DNA of 32,000 nt from Breznakia blatticola (GCF_004365815.1 NZ_SODD01000016.1:11999-43998), one strand, 5' to 3'; numbered from the stretch's first letter, positions 1 to 9,946 are shown. Notes: generated by a model from the sequence alone, not told the origin. Numbers and translations are program-made.

Positions 1-146
1 AATAATTGGGTAAGATTGTCATAAAGGAGTCCCAGACATACAAGTTAGTCATAACTAACTATCCACATAATACACGATATAAAAGTATGTGTCAACTGAT
101 ATGTTCTAAAAAGTTTTATCTTGAGTTAGAAATAGTTAACAAATCA

Positions 147-175
147 TTGACAAGGAGGTTAACCAGTGCTAACAT
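147..175 (+). promoter_or_regulatory. Candidate sigma-A promoter of the feo operon with an operator-like inverted repeat in the spacer
   Basis: TTGACA (147-152), 17-nt spacer, TGcTAACAT extended -10 (167-175), ~30 nt upstream of the feoA RBS. The spacer and -10 carry the imperfect inverted repeat GTTAAC-CAGT-GCTAAC (158-173). Confidence 0.45.
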
Positions 176-205
176 TACAATGAAAAATAAGAAAGGATGA
201 TACAT

Positions 206-418
206 ATGCCATTAATTATCGCACCATTAGGAAAATCAGTAAAAGTATTAAAATACTCTTTAGATGAGGGTTCAGAAAAACGTTTGCGTGATTTAGGTTT
301 AGTTCCTGGATGTGAAATCGCTGTTGTTCAAGAAAGTGGCGGAGATTTAATCATCCAAGTGAAAGATGCAAGAATTGCATTGAATAAAAGTTTAGCAAGA
401 AAGATCTTTGTTGCGTAA
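206..418 (+). CDS. feoA: FeoA-family ferrous iron transport protein (copy 1)
   Basis: ~70-aa SH3-like FeoA pattern (LRDLGLVPGCEIAVV...). First gene of a feoA-feoA-feoB run. ATG at 206 preferred over 197 because GAAAGGA sits 8 nt upstream of it. Confidence 0.85.
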   Translation: MPLIIAPLGKSVKVLKYSLDEGSEKRLRDLGLVPGCEIAVVQESGGDLIIQVKDARIALNKSLARKIFVA

Positions 419-435
419 GCTGTGGGAGGAATACT

Positions 436-654
436 ATGAATTTAAAAGATGTAAAACCTGGAGAAACAGTCACTGTCACTAAGGTAAATGGAGCAGGACC
501 GATTCGCCGTCGTATATTTGATATGGGAATCACCCCAAATACAGAAATTTATGTACGTAAAGTTGCACCATTAGGAGACCCTATTGAAATAACATTACGT
601 GGATATGAATTATCATTACGTAAAGCAGAAGCTCAAGAAATCGAGGTTAAGTAG
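436..654 (+). CDS. feoA: FeoA-family ferrous iron transport protein (copy 2)
   Basis: 72 aa, RRRIFDMGITPNTEIYV... FeoA pattern. GGAGG RBS. Lies directly upstream of feoB. Confidence 0.85.
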   Translation: MNLKDVKPGETVTVTKVNGAGPIRRRIFDMGITPNTEIYVRKVAPLGDPIEITLRGYELSLRKAEAQEIEVK

Positions 655-657
655 GAT

Positions 658-2712
658 ATGAAGATTGCATTAGTTGGAAATCCAAACAGTGGGAAAACAA
701 CACTATTTAACGAATTAACTGGTTCAACTGCCAAAGTTGGAAACTGGGCAGGAGTTACGGTTGATAAAAAAGAAGGAACCTATAAAAAAGCGAAAACACC
801 GATGGACATTATTGACCTTCCAGGTGTTTATTCTTTGTCTCCATATACATTAGAGGAAGTAATTGCACGTGATTATATTGTAAATGAGCAACCAGATGCA
901 ATTATCAATATTGTTGATGCAACAAACTTAGAAAGAAACTTGTATTTAACAACACAAATCTTAGAAACCGATATCCCTGTAGTTATCGCTCTAAACATGA
1001 TGGATGTTGTAAAAAAGACAAAAGATGAAATCAACACGAAAGCAATTGAACAAAAACTGGGTGTGCCTGTTATTGAAATCAGTGCACTTCGTGGAGAAAA
1101 TATTCATGAGCTGATGAATGTAGTTGCTGCACTAGCAAAAAAACGTGAACCACTTGATATTTTTAGTGGAACACAACTAGAAAGTTCATATCGTTCACTT
1201 GTTGATTTATTTACAAAACACAATGTAAAACAACCATGTTTTACGGCAAGCAAAGTGTTAGAAAATGATGAGAAGATTTTATCGTTTGATGAAGTAAAAG
1301 CTTTGCAAGCTGAAATTGAAAAGATTACAACATTAACTGAAGATAACGAAGCATTAATGGCAGATATTCGTTATGGGTATATTGATGAACAATTACGTAG
1401 TGCGATTAAAAAATCAAAAGTACTTGGAGAAATGAGCACATCCGATAAAATTGATAAGGTACTAACAAACCGTATTGTGGGACTTCCAATATTTGCACTA
1501 ATTATGTTTTTGATTTTCCACTGTACGTTTTCAGAAAACTTCTTAGGACTTGGTATTGCTTCACCTGGGGTATATATTCAAGGGCTAACTGAAATTCCAA
1601 TTGAATGGATATCTGATGGACTAACTGGATTACTTGATTCACTAGGTGCATCTGCATGGGTATATGGATTAGTCATTCAAGGGATTGTTGCTGGAGTTGG
1701 TGGTGTATTATCGTTTATTCCACAAATTCTATTAATCTTCTTATTCCTATCATTCTTAGAAGATAGTGGATATATGGCACGTGTCGTATTTATTATGGAC
1801 CGAATTCTACGTCGCTTTGGTTTATCAGGAAAAGCATTCTTACCATTATTAACTGGGTTTGGATGTTCTGTGCCAGCAATTATGGGTGCTCGTACATTAG
1901 AAGGTGAAAAGGAACGAAAACTTACGATGTTACTAGTTCCATATATGTCTTGTGGGGCAAAGGCACCAATTTGGGCAATCTTTGCAGCTGCAGTATTTCC
2001 GAATCATGCAGATATTATGACTTTTGGAATATATTTCTTAGGAATCTTTGTTGCTGTGATTTCTGCAGTTCTACTTAAACGTCTTGTATTTAAAGGAGAA
2101 ACAACACCGTTTGTTATGGAAATGCCAACCTATCATTGGCCACGGTTTAAAAACTTAATGCTACGTTTGTGGGATAAATTAAAAGGATATATTACACGTG
2201 CAGGAACCGTAATTCTTGCAAGTACAATTGTTCTTTGGTTTTTAGGTAACTTTGATTTCTCCTTACAAATGGTGGAAGCAAACTCAGATACAAGTATCTT
2301 AGGAGTAGTTGCTGATTCTATTACATTTATCTTTAGACCATTAGGATTTGCAAGTGGAAGTGCTGGATGGAAAGCAGTAGTTGCCATTCTAACAGGACTT
2401 GTTGCTAAAGAAGCGGTCGTTTCAACAATGGGAGTTCTTTACACAGGAATGGAAAGTGAAGAAGAATTCTTGGGAGAAGATGAAGCAACAACATCTCTTG
2501 TCGCAACAATTGGACAAACCTTTACGCCACTTGCTGCCATCTCATTTATGGCATTTAACTTATTAAGTATTCCATGTATGGCTGCAGTTGCTGCTTTACG
2601 TGCAGAAATGAATGATCGTAAGTTATTTATATTTACGATGACATATTGGGTTGTGATTGCTTGGATTGTTTCATTCTTAATCTACAACGTGGGAAGCCTA
2701 CTGGGGTTCTAG
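658..2712 (+). CDS. feoB: Ferrous iron transporter FeoB (N-terminal GTPase + polytopic membrane domain)
   Basis: G1 motif GNPNSGKTTLFN, DLPGVYSL, NMMD, followed by a long hydrophobic permease region. 684 aa. Confidence 0.95.
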   Translation: MKIALVGNPNSGKTTLFNELTGSTAKVGNWAGVTVDKKEGTYKKAKTPMDIIDLPGVYSLSPYTLEEVIARDYIVNEQPDAIINIVDATNLERNLYLTTQILETDIPVVIALNMMDVVKKTKDEINTKAIEQKLGVPVIEISALRGENIHELMNVVAALAKKREPLDIFSGTQLESSYRSLVDLFTKHNVKQPCFTASKVLENDEKILSFDEVKALQAEIEKITTLTEDNEALMADIRYGYIDEQLRSAIKKSKVLGEMSTSDKIDKVLTNRIVGLPIFALIMFLIFHCTFSENFLGLGIASPGVYIQGLTEIPIEWISDGLTGLLDSLGASAWVYGLVIQGIVAGVGGVLSFIPQILLIFLFLSFLEDSGYMARVVFIMDRILRRFGLSGKAFLPLLTGFGCSVPAIMGARTLEGEKERKLTMLLVPYMSCGAKAPIWAIFAAAVFPNHADIMTFGIYFLGIFVAVISAVLLKRLVFKGETTPFVMEMPTYHWPRFKNLMLRLWDKLKGYITRAGTVILASTIVLWFLGNFDFSLQMVEANSDTSILGVVADSITFIFRPLGFASGSAGWKAVVAILTGLVAKEAVVSTMGVLYTGMESEEEFLGEDEATTSLVATIGQTFTPLAAISFMAFNLLSIPCMAAVAALRAEMNDRKLFIFTMTYWVVIAWIVSFLIYNVGSLLGF

Positions 2713-2716
2713 AACT

Positions 2717-2923
2717 ATGAAACCTGTAGACATTGTAGTCCTTGTACTAGCTATTGGCTTTGTGGGGTTCATCGTCTATACGCAATACAAAAAACACCAA
2801 GCAAGAAAAGCAAGTGGTATTATAGGGTGTGGAGGAAGTTGCACAGGCTGTTCAGATAAAGCAGCATGTGAAACCATCCGTAACATCAAAGAAATAATCA
2901 AAGAGGATGAAGCCAAGAAATAA
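2717..2923 (+). CDS. FeoB-associated Cys-rich small membrane protein
   Basis: 68 aa with one N-terminal TM helix then CGGSCTGCSDKAAC. Starts 5 nt after the feoB stop. Confidence 0.7.
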   Translation: MKPVDIVVLVLAIGFVGFIVYTQYKKHQARKASGIIGCGGSCTGCSDKAACETIRNIKEIIKEDEAKK

Positions 2924-2942
2924 TGGCAACATCCTCTTTTTT
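2901..2942 (+). terminator. Intrinsic terminator of the feo operon
   Basis: AAGAGGATG (2901-2909) pairs with CATCCTCTT (2930-2938), followed by a T-run. Confidence 0.5.
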
Positions 2943-2949
2943 GGTAAAT

Positions 2950-2973
2950 AAAAAATAGCGTATGACTCGCTAT
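2950..2973 (-). terminator. Intrinsic terminator for the minus-strand DtxR-family gene
   Basis: ATAGCG/CGCTAT stem (2955-2960 / 2968-2973). The A-run on the plus strand is a U-run on the minus strand. Overlaps the stop codon. Confidence 0.45.
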
Positions 2974-3344
2974 TTCTTATACTCATTAATCATTCGTTCA
3001 ATACTCTCGAATGTTTCGTTTGATATGATGTGTTCAATTCGACACGCATCTTTTTCTGCTATTTCTTCTGAAACTTTCAATACCTCAATCAAAAAGCTTC
3101 GGATGGTTGTGTGACGATGAAAAATCATCGCTCCCATTTCTTTTCCAGACTTTGTAAGTGTGATGCCACCGTAAACTTCTTGGGTGATGAGACCGCGATC
3201 CTTTAAGTTGTTAACAGCTTTATTTACACTTGGTTTAGAGACACCCATCATTTTTGCTACGTCAATCGAACGCACTTTATCGCTTTGTTCAGACAGAACC
3301 ATGATGGTTTCTAGGTAGTCTTCTAATGATTCGCCTAAAAGCAT
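2970..3344 (-). CDS. DtxR/MntR-family metal-dependent transcriptional repressor (short form, no SH3-like C-domain)
   Basis: EDYLETI..., wHTH VSKPSVNKAVNNLKDRGLI, dimerisation/metal-site region HRHTTIRSFL...ACRIEH. 124 aa. Adjacent to the feo operon. Confidence 0.85.
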   Translation of the reverse strand: MLLGESLEDYLETIMVLSEQSDKVRSIDVAKMMGVSKPSVNKAVNNLKDRGLITQEVYGGITLTKSGKEMGAMIFHRHTTIRSFLIEVLKVSEEIAEKDACRIEHIISNETFESIERMINEYKK

Positions 3345-3396
3345 ATTATCACCTCGCTTATCGCTATTATATCATATGATGTCTAATTTTTTCACA

Positions 3397-3756
3397 TTAT
3401 GCCTGGCGAATCATATCTAGGTAGGTTGCTTCTTTGAAGCCAACAGTAACTTGATCGTTCACCATTAAGATTGGTCGTTTTACTAACATTCCATTGCTAG
3501 CTAATAATTTGATTTGTTCATCTTCACTCATAGAATGAATCGTATCTTTGATTCGCATTTGGCGATACACGCCTCCAGAGGTATTCCAGAAACTTTGAAG
3601 TGATACATTACTCATTTCATAAAGCTTTCTCAGTTCTTCTTCAGTCAGTTTCTCTGCTACGATATCTCTTGTTTTAAACTGCACATTATTCATTTCCAAA
3701 AAGCGTTTTGCTTTTTGACATGTGCTACATCTTTGGTAACCCATTAGTAGTATCAT
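3397..3756 (-). CDS. ArsC/Spx-family (thioredoxin-fold) protein
   Basis: 119 aa. N-terminal CSTC redox-type motif in a YQRCSTCQKAKRFL context, and LVKRPIL near the C-terminus, typical of the ArsC/Spx/YffB family. Confidence 0.75.
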   Translation of the reverse strand: MILLMGYQRCSTCQKAKRFLEMNNVQFKTRDIVAEKLTEEELRKLYEMSNVSLQSFWNTSGGVYRQMRIKDTIHSMSEDEQIKLLASNGMLVKRPILMVNDQVTVGFKEATYLDMIRQA

Positions 3757-3902
3757 ATATGTTCTCCTCGAGATTTACCTACATATTATAACGTGATAAC
3801 GCTTTCTTTTCTACCCTTTTGTTAGTGATGTAAATCTGGTATAATTTCAAGGTGAAAATACTTGCTTTACTTGTACCTTTATGGTTAAATAACCATACAT
3901 CA

Positions 3903-4036
3903 ATTATCAAGAGATGGGGTAGAGAGTTAGCTCGTTAGATCCCACGCCAACCTCACTATATGTGAAAGGTGGTACTGCTAACAACGATAAGAGAAGAATA
4001 CTTGAAAAAGCAATGCCTTCTCGTGAGGCATTTTTT
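3903..4036 (+). promoter_or_regulatory. SAM-I (S-box) riboswitch with intrinsic terminator, controlling metK
   Basis: TTATCAAGAG...GGTAGAGAG...CCCACGCCAACC...GGTGGTACTGCTAAC...GATAAG matches the S-box core layout. The terminator AATGCCT/AGGCATT + T6 lies at 4012-4036, just before metK. Confidence 0.85.
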
Positions 4037-4059
4037 AATTGCCAGAAAGGAATTTATTG

Positions 4060-5160
4060 ATGAAAGATTACATTTTTACCAGTGAAAGTATCACTGAAGG
4101 GCACTCAGATAAAATCTGTGACCAAATTGCTGATGCGATTTTAGATGCTGCATTACGTGAAGATCCAAATAGTAAAATGGCGGTGGAAGCGACAATTAAA
4201 GATGATTTTGTGTTAATTTATGGAGAAGCAAACACGAAAGCAGTAATTGATTATCCAGCAATCGCGAAAGCAGTAATTAAGAAAATTGGCTATGAAGAAG
4301 ACTATAATGTACTTGTGAAAGTAAACCGTCAAAGTGCAGAAATCTATGCTGCTGTAGAAGAAAATGATGGAGAAGTTGGTGCTGGTGACCAAGGGTTGAT
4401 GTTTGGTTATGCATGTGATGAATCTGATGAATACATGCCTGCTCCAATTTATTATGCACACAAACTGGCACGTAAACTTACAGAAGTACGTCGTCAACAT
4501 GCAGATATTTTAAAACCAGATGGAAAAACACAAGTATCTGTTGAATACAAAGATGATAAAGTAAGTCGTATTGATACAGTTGTTGTTTCTACACAACATG
4601 CTGAAGGTGTAAGCCAAGAAGAAATCAAAGAACTTATTATGAATGAAGTCGTACGTCCTTCATTAGAAGTAGAACTTGTTGATGAAAATACAAAATACAT
4701 TATCAACCCAAGTGGAAGTTTCATTGTAGGTGGATCCTTTGGTGATTCAGGAACAACTGGACGTAAAATCGTCGTAGATACATACGGTGGAATGGGACGT
4801 ATTGGAGGAGGATGTTTATCAAGTAAAGATCCAACTAAAGTGGACCGTTCTGCAGCATATTATGCACGTTATGTTGCCAAAAGTGTAGTAGCTAATAAAC
4901 TTGCACGTCGTTGTGAAGTTCAAGTTGCTTATGCAATTGGTAAAGGAGAACCTGTATCGTTATTAGTAGATACATTTGGTACAGGAGTTACAAGTGATGA
5001 GCAACTACTTGAAATCATTAAAAAGAACTTTGATTTCTCAGTACGTAACATTCTTGAAGAACTTGATCTGAAAAAACCAGTATATGCAAAAACTGCATGT
5101 TATGGACATTTCGGAGATCCTCAATTCAGTTGGGAAAAAATTAAAAAAATCGAAAAATAG
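4060..5160 (+). CDS. metK: S-adenosylmethionine synthetase
   Basis: GHSDKICDQIADAILDA, GAGDQGLMFGYA, GGGCLSSKDPTKVDRSAAY motifs. ATG at 4060 preferred (RBS AGAAAGGA) over the in-frame TTG at 4039. Confidence 0.95.
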   Translation: MKDYIFTSESITEGHSDKICDQIADAILDAALREDPNSKMAVEATIKDDFVLIYGEANTKAVIDYPAIAKAVIKKIGYEEDYNVLVKVNRQSAEIYAAVEENDGEVGAGDQGLMFGYACDESDEYMPAPIYYAHKLARKLTEVRRQHADILKPDGKTQVSVEYKDDKVSRIDTVVVSTQHAEGVSQEEIKELIMNEVVRPSLEVELVDENTKYIINPSGSFIVGGSFGDSGTTGRKIVVDTYGGMGRIGGGCLSSKDPTKVDRSAAYYARYVAKSVVANKLARRCEVQVAYAIGKGEPVSLLVDTFGTGVTSDEQLLEIIKKNFDFSVRNILEELDLKKPVYAKTACYGHFGDPQFSWEKIKKIEK

Positions 5161-5168
5161 AGAATTTA

Positions 5169-5203
5169 AAGATAGTTTCACTTATGAGACTATCTTTTCT
5201 TTT
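5169..5203 (+). terminator. Intrinsic terminator after metK
   Basis: AAGATAGT (5169-5176) pairs with ACTATCTT (5189-5196), followed by a TTCTTTTC tail. Confidence 0.6.
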
Positions 5204-5264
5204 CAAATACAGGTATTTGCATATTCTCTTTAATTATTGGACAAAGTATATTATAATAGGTTGG

Positions 5265-5478
5265 AATAAGCGATGAGAAAAAGAGTAAGTATGAAACGTT
5301 CTCTAGAGAGCAAATGGTTGGTGTAAATTTGCGAATGCGTCATAGTGAAGATGGTTTTTGAGCTTTCATATCGATATGTAGGTATGAACGTATGCGGCGT
5401 TAACGCACTTAAGGTATGTATAAGCATACAAAATAAGGTGGTAACACGGTAGTCTCGTCCTTTGGGTGGGATTTTTTA
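5265..5478 (+). promoter_or_regulatory. T-box leader (Met specifier) controlling metG
   Basis: Stem I start AGCGATGAGAAAAAGAGTA, AUG specifier followed by A (5291-5294), and T-box sequence AATAAGGTGGTAACACGG (5431-5448). A wobble-rich hairpin CTCGTCC-TTT-GGGTGGG + T-run follows at 5454-5478. Confidence 0.85.
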
Positions 5479-5495
5479 TTTTATATGGAGGTAAC

Positions 5496-7415
5496 ATGGA
5501 AAAGAAAAAGTATTATCTAACAACCCCAATTTATTATCCAAGTGATAATTTTCATATTGGGCACTGTTATACAACAGTAATTGCAGATACATTAGCACGT
5601 TATAAACGTGCCAAAGGTTTTGATGTATTCTTTTTAACAGGTACAGATGAACATGGACAAAAAATTGAAGAACGTGCAAAACTTGCTGGAACAGATCCAA
5701 AGAGTTTCGTGGATAAAATTGTCGCTAATGCGCAAGACTTATGGTCATCATTAGGAATTACATACGATAAGTTTATTCGTACAACAGATGAATATCATGT
5801 CAAAGCTGTTCAAAAGATGTTCCGTGATTTATATGAAAAAGGGGATATCTATAAAGGTGAGTATGAAGGTTGGTACTGTACACCAGATGAGTCATTTTGG
5901 ACAGATTCACAACTTGTCGATGGAAAATGTCCAGAGTGTGGACGTGAAGTAAAAAAAGTAAAAGAAGAATCGTATTTCTTACGCTTAAGTAATTATCAAA
6001 AACAATTAGAAGAATACTTGGAAAGTCATCCGGAATTGATGCAACCAGAATCTCGTTATAAAGAAATGTTAAATAACTTCTTAAAACCAGGTCTTCAAGA
6101 TTTATCGGTTTCAAGAACAAGTTTCAAATGGGGAATTCCTGTTGATTTTGATCCAGACCATGTAATCTATGTATGGATGGATGCACTTTCAAACTATATT
6201 ACAGCACTTGGATATAACAGTGATGATGATTCTTTGTTTCAAAAATACTGGCCAGCTGAACTGCACCTAGTTGGAAAAGAAATCTTTAGATTCCACACAT
6301 TAATTTGGCCAATTATGTTGATGGCACTTGATTTGCCATTACCAAAACAAGTGTATGGACATGGATGGCTAGTTGTTGATGGAGGAAAAATTTCTAAATC
6401 ATTAGGTAACTATAAAGATCCACGTGTATATATTAATGACTATGGCGTAGACGCTGTACGTTATTACTTGTTAAGTGAAGTACCATTTGGAAATGATGGA
6501 AACTTCTCAGAAAAACTACTCGTGGAAAGAAGTAATTCAGATTTAGCCAATGTATTAGGAAATTTAGTAAACCGTACAGTAAGTATGACAAACAAATACT
6601 TTGGTGGAACTGTAACAAATACGAAAGTACATGAAACCGTAGATGAAGATTTAATTCGTACAGTAAATGAATTAAATGCAAAAGTAGAAGCGAAAATGGA
6701 TACATTACATGTGGATGCAGCGATTGCTGAAATCTTCAATGTATTAAAACGTACCAACCGTTATGTTGATGAAACAACACCTTGGGTGTTAGGAAAAGAT
6801 GAAAGTAAACAAGATCGTCTACAAACTGTCTTATTTAACTTGCTTGAAGCAATACGTGTTTGTACAATCCAATTAGAAGCATTCATTCCAAAAAGTGCAC
6901 AAGCGATTTTTGATCAACTACAAACAGATGCACGTACATTTGATACTGTTGCCTTTGGTAGTGTGGATAGCTACACGGTCGTAGAAAAACCTTCCATTCT
7001 ATTTGCGCGTATTGATGAAAAAGAATTAGAAGAAAAATGGGCAAAAGAAGCTGCTGCAGTTGAAGAAACTACAGAAGAAGTACAAGAAACAAAACCAGAA
7101 ATTACATTTGATGATTTCATGAAAACGGAAATGAAAGTTGGTTTAATCGAAGCGTGTGAAAAGCATCCAAAAGCAGATAAACTACTTGTTTCACAAATCA
7201 ACATTGGAACGGAAACACGTCAAGTGGTGAGTGGAATTGCACCAGACTATACACCTGAAGATATGATTGGTAAAAAAGTTATCGTCGTGACAAACTTAAA
7301 ACCAGCAAAAATTCGTGGTGTGGAAAGCCAAGGTATGATTCTTGTTGGTGAAGATGCAAATGGAATTGAGGTCGTAAATCTTAAGAGTATGGAACCAGGA
7401 GCAACTGTTCGCTAA
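5496..7415 (+). CDS. metG: Methionyl-tRNA synthetase with C-terminal tRNA-binding (EMAP/Trbp111-like) domain
   Basis: HIGH-type motif FHIGHCYT, KMSKS-type motif KISKS, a CPECG zinc knuckle, and a C-terminal KVGLIEACEKHPKADKLLVSQINIG OB-fold. ATG at 5496 follows GGAGG. Confidence 0.95.
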   Translation: MEKKKYYLTTPIYYPSDNFHIGHCYTTVIADTLARYKRAKGFDVFFLTGTDEHGQKIEERAKLAGTDPKSFVDKIVANAQDLWSSLGITYDKFIRTTDEYHVKAVQKMFRDLYEKGDIYKGEYEGWYCTPDESFWTDSQLVDGKCPECGREVKKVKEESYFLRLSNYQKQLEEYLESHPELMQPESRYKEMLNNFLKPGLQDLSVSRTSFKWGIPVDFDPDHVIYVWMDALSNYITALGYNSDDDSLFQKYWPAELHLVGKEIFRFHTLIWPIMLMALDLPLPKQVYGHGWLVVDGGKISKSLGNYKDPRVYINDYGVDAVRYYLLSEVPFGNDGNFSEKLLVERSNSDLANVLGNLVNRTVSMTNKYFGGTVTNTKVHETVDEDLIRTVNELNAKVEAKMDTLHVDAAIAEIFNVLKRTNRYVDETTPWVLGKDESKQDRLQTVLFNLLEAIRVCTIQLEAFIPKSAQAIFDQLQTDARTFDTVAFGSVDSYTVVEKPSILFARIDEKELEEKWAKEAAAVEETTEEVQETKPEITFDDFMKTEMKVGLIEACEKHPKADKLLVSQINIGTETRQVVSGIAPDYTPEDMIGKKVIVVTNLKPAKIRGVESQGMILVGEDANGIEVVNLKSMEPGATVR

Positions 7416-8335
7416 TGAAACAACATAAACGATATCAAACCAGTATAATTTTATTACTGGTTTGTTTCGCATTTATATACAAAGGAATTCGTGATGCGCA
7501 AACGCCAATGATTGTCATCGGTGTGTTTTTAGCAATATATGCGACGATACGAATCGTCTTATTACTCACCTTATCAAATGTAGCGCAACAAGAAATTGTG
7601 GAAGATAGTGATATGACAAGCGCTTACTTGCGTACAAATTATGAGCGTTACATCGAAATGTATATTCTTTATAAAAAAGGTGAATGCGAAGTTCTATATG
7701 AAGAAAATGATGGCTTGTTGCTGCTAAGTCATGCAGATGATATGTATTATGCAAGTGCTAAAAATAAACAAGCAGCGATGGATATTTTACAACTCATTCC
7801 ACAGGATTATCATGGCTTGTGTGTTTGCGATGATATTTTTATAGAATGCATAGATTCGTATATTACGTATGGGACAAAGTTCAACTCATACAATTTGGTA
7901 TATGAAAAACAAGAGAAAGCAGTGCTGACAAATACAACAATTCGTATTCAACCATTAACTGAAAAAGATATTGAGATTGTAAAGCAAACGTACAGTAATC
8001 CAATTTATGATCAGCCTGGGTATATTGCATCATGTATTAAAAATGGAATGCTTGGTGCATATGTGGATGATAAACTTGCTGGATATATAGGTTTACATAA
8101 CAGTGGAGCAATTGGACTTTTAGAAGTGTTTGAAGACTATCGTCAACAAGGGATTGCCAAAACACTTGTAGCAAGTATGATTAATCACTGCCTTGAGACA
8201 AAACAAATTGCATATACGCAAGTTCAACAAAAAAATGAAACTTCATTGCAGTTACAAGAAAAGTTAGGATTTACAAAAGCAGATAAACCGTGTGTGTGGA
8301 TATTTAAAAAAGAGATGGAGACATTACATGAATAA
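7415..8335 (+). CDS. GNAT-family N-acetyltransferase with N-terminal membrane segment
   Basis: Two N-terminal hydrophobic helices. The C-terminal part has an acetyl-CoA motif context VFEDYRQQGIAKTLV. The start overlaps the metG stop. Confidence 0.6.
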   Translation: MKQHKRYQTSIILLLVCFAFIYKGIRDAQTPMIVIGVFLAIYATIRIVLLLTLSNVAQQEIVEDSDMTSAYLRTNYERYIEMYILYKKGECEVLYEENDGLLLLSHADDMYYASAKNKQAAMDILQLIPQDYHGLCVCDDIFIECIDSYITYGTKFNSYNLVYEKQEKAVLTNTTIRIQPLTEKDIEIVKQTYSNPIYDQPGYIASCIKNGMLGAYVDDKLAGYIGLHNSGAIGLLEVFEDYRQQGIAKTLVASMINHCLETKQIAYTQVQQKNETSLQLQEKLGFTKADKPCVWIFKKEMETLHE

Positions 8336-8843
8336 AGATGCATTAGACTTACTTTATAAACGACGAAGTATTCGTTCGTTTAAAGACACACAAATTCAAA
8401 AAGAAGAATTAGATGCAGTATTAAAAGCTGGTGTTCTTGCACCATGTGCAATGAATCGACAAACGACTTTGATGGTGGTCGTGCAAAGTCAAATTTATCG
8501 CGATGCATTAGTTGAATTAAAAAATGCTGGAACTGATAAAGATCCATTTTATGGAGCACCTACAATTATTGTGCTTTTTGCACCTGCAAATCACTATACA
8601 GCAATTGAAAATGCGTCGGCAGTACAAATGAATTTGATGCATGCAGCAAATGCGGTAGGACTGGCTTCATGTTGGGTACATATGCCAAAGGAAGTTTTCC
8701 AACAAGTAGAAGGAAAACAATTGATGTATGCATGGGGATTACCTGATGATGTGATTAGTATTGCAGCATTAGCTATAGGTTATCAAGATGGAGAAACACC
8801 TGAAGTCCCAGATAAAGAACAACATATTGTAATAAGTGTATAA
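8328..8843 (+). CDS. Nitroreductase-family protein
   Basis: LLYKRRSIRSF N-terminal signature and an overall nitroreductase-like pattern. ATG at 8328 preferred over the upstream in-frame start at 8292. Confidence 0.8.
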   Translation: MNKDALDLLYKRRSIRSFKDTQIQKEELDAVLKAGVLAPCAMNRQTTLMVVVQSQIYRDALVELKNAGTDKDPFYGAPTIIVLFAPANHYTAIENASAVQMNLMHAANAVGLASCWVHMPKEVFQQVEGKQLMYAWGLPDDVISIAALAIGYQDGETPEVPDKEQHIVISV

Positions 8844-8965
8844 ACGTGGAGGAATCTGCGTTTTTATTTTGAAACGAAGAGAGAAAAACATGGATTACAC
8901 TTTTTTTGAAAAATGCTTGCGTGTATAGTTGGTATATAGTGTACAAAAAAGGTAGGAGGTACATT

Positions 8966-9946
8966 ATGAAAATAAGTGATGTTGAAAAGAAGGTCAAAGT
9001 AAGTAAACAAACGATTATATACTATGAAAAGGAAGGTTTACTTCAACCAAAACGAGATGAAAATGACTTTCGTATATTTGATGATGAAGACATACGCCAA
9101 CTGGAAACAATCATTCAATTGCGAAGTTTTGATATTTCAATCGATGATATTCGTTTAATCTTACAAGGGAAAGTTTCGCTTCAAGAGATTCTAGATATTA
9201 CATCTATCCAATTGGAAGAAGAAATGGAAATTATGAAAAGACGTGTAGACCTAATTCAAGTAATCAAAGAAAAAGAATTACCTGTACTTAAAAATTATAA
9301 GCATCTTTCAAAACAAACAGATGGTTTAAAACTTGGTTATTTCAAAACCAATAAAACACCATCACTAGGAAGAAGGATGACAAGAAAACTAGCGTGGCGA
9401 CGTTTACTTAATGTGTTGCTTTTTTATCTCTTATTTGGTGTGTTTCTTAGTGCAATTGTAAGTATGATTGATGTTACACTTCCACCGATTGTGGGAATGT
9501 TGATAATTGGTGCACAAATACTTTGCAATATGATCTTAATTGGGTATACGAGATTTAGTAGTGATATTTATAATCGAAATAATTATATAGAGTTCTTAGA
9601 GGATGGTGTAAGGTATTATAAAAGCAATTCATTTTTTAAGGATGTACGATACTGGATATCTGCACTTTTTAAAACCAATGCATCACTACTAACATTTTGC
9701 GCGTATACAGATATACAAGAAGTAGAAATACAAATGCAACGAAAGATATTGTACTTTGGCTTTGGACCCGCCGGTTTTCCGTATGAGCAATATAACTTTA
9801 CCTTTACATTAGCTGGAAATAAACTACAATTACGAAATCCATTTACTGCTGCAGATGATCGAATGCTTATTGCTAATATACTAAAACGATATGTATCAAA
9901 TGTTACTGATGCAGGACAATTTATCGAGAAGTATACTACGTGCTAA
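8966..9946 (+). CDS. MerR-family HTH regulator fused to a membrane-spanning C-terminal region
   Basis: ISDVEKKVKVSKQTIIYYEKEGLL MerR HTH, then a coiled linker, then two hydrophobic helices (LLFYLLFGVFLSAIV..., MLIIGAQILCNMILIG). An AGGAGG RBS precedes the ATG at 8966. Confidence 0.7.
   Translation: MKISDVEKKVKVSKQTIIYYEKEGLLQPKRDENDFRIFDDEDIRQLETIIQLRSFDISIDDIRLILQGKVSLQEILDITSIQLEEEMEIMKRRVDLIQVIKEKELPVLKNYKHLSKQTDGLKLGYFKTNKTPSLGRRMTRKLAWRRLLNVLLFYLLFGVFLSAIVSMIDVTLPPIVGMLIIGAQILCNMILIGYTRFSSDIYNRNNYIEFLEDGVRYYKSNSFFKDVRYWISALFKTNASLLTFCAYTDIQEVEIQMQRKILYFGFGPAGFPYEQYNFTFTLAGNKLQLRNPFTAADDRMLIANILKRYVSNVTDAGQFIEKYTTC

Noticed and set aside
6-200. 64-aa plus-strand ORF at the window start
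   Set aside because: No RBS. It spans the feo promoter and leader, runs into the feoA RBS, and has a composition typical of AT-rich non-coding DNA.
466-479. ACAGTCACTGTCAC inside feoA, identical to 14 nt of the 30154 palindrome
   Set aside because: It lies inside a well-supported coding region (encoding ETVTVTK), lacks the full inverted arms, and is outside the island. Most likely coincidence.
2133-7204. Antisense or alternative-frame ORFs inside feoB, metK and metG (e.g. 2133-2387, 4213-4500, 4277-4471, 4494-4724, 5476-5700, 5800-6120, 6433-6757, 6971-7204)
   Set aside because: They are fully embedded in genes with unambiguous conserved motifs on the other strand or frame.
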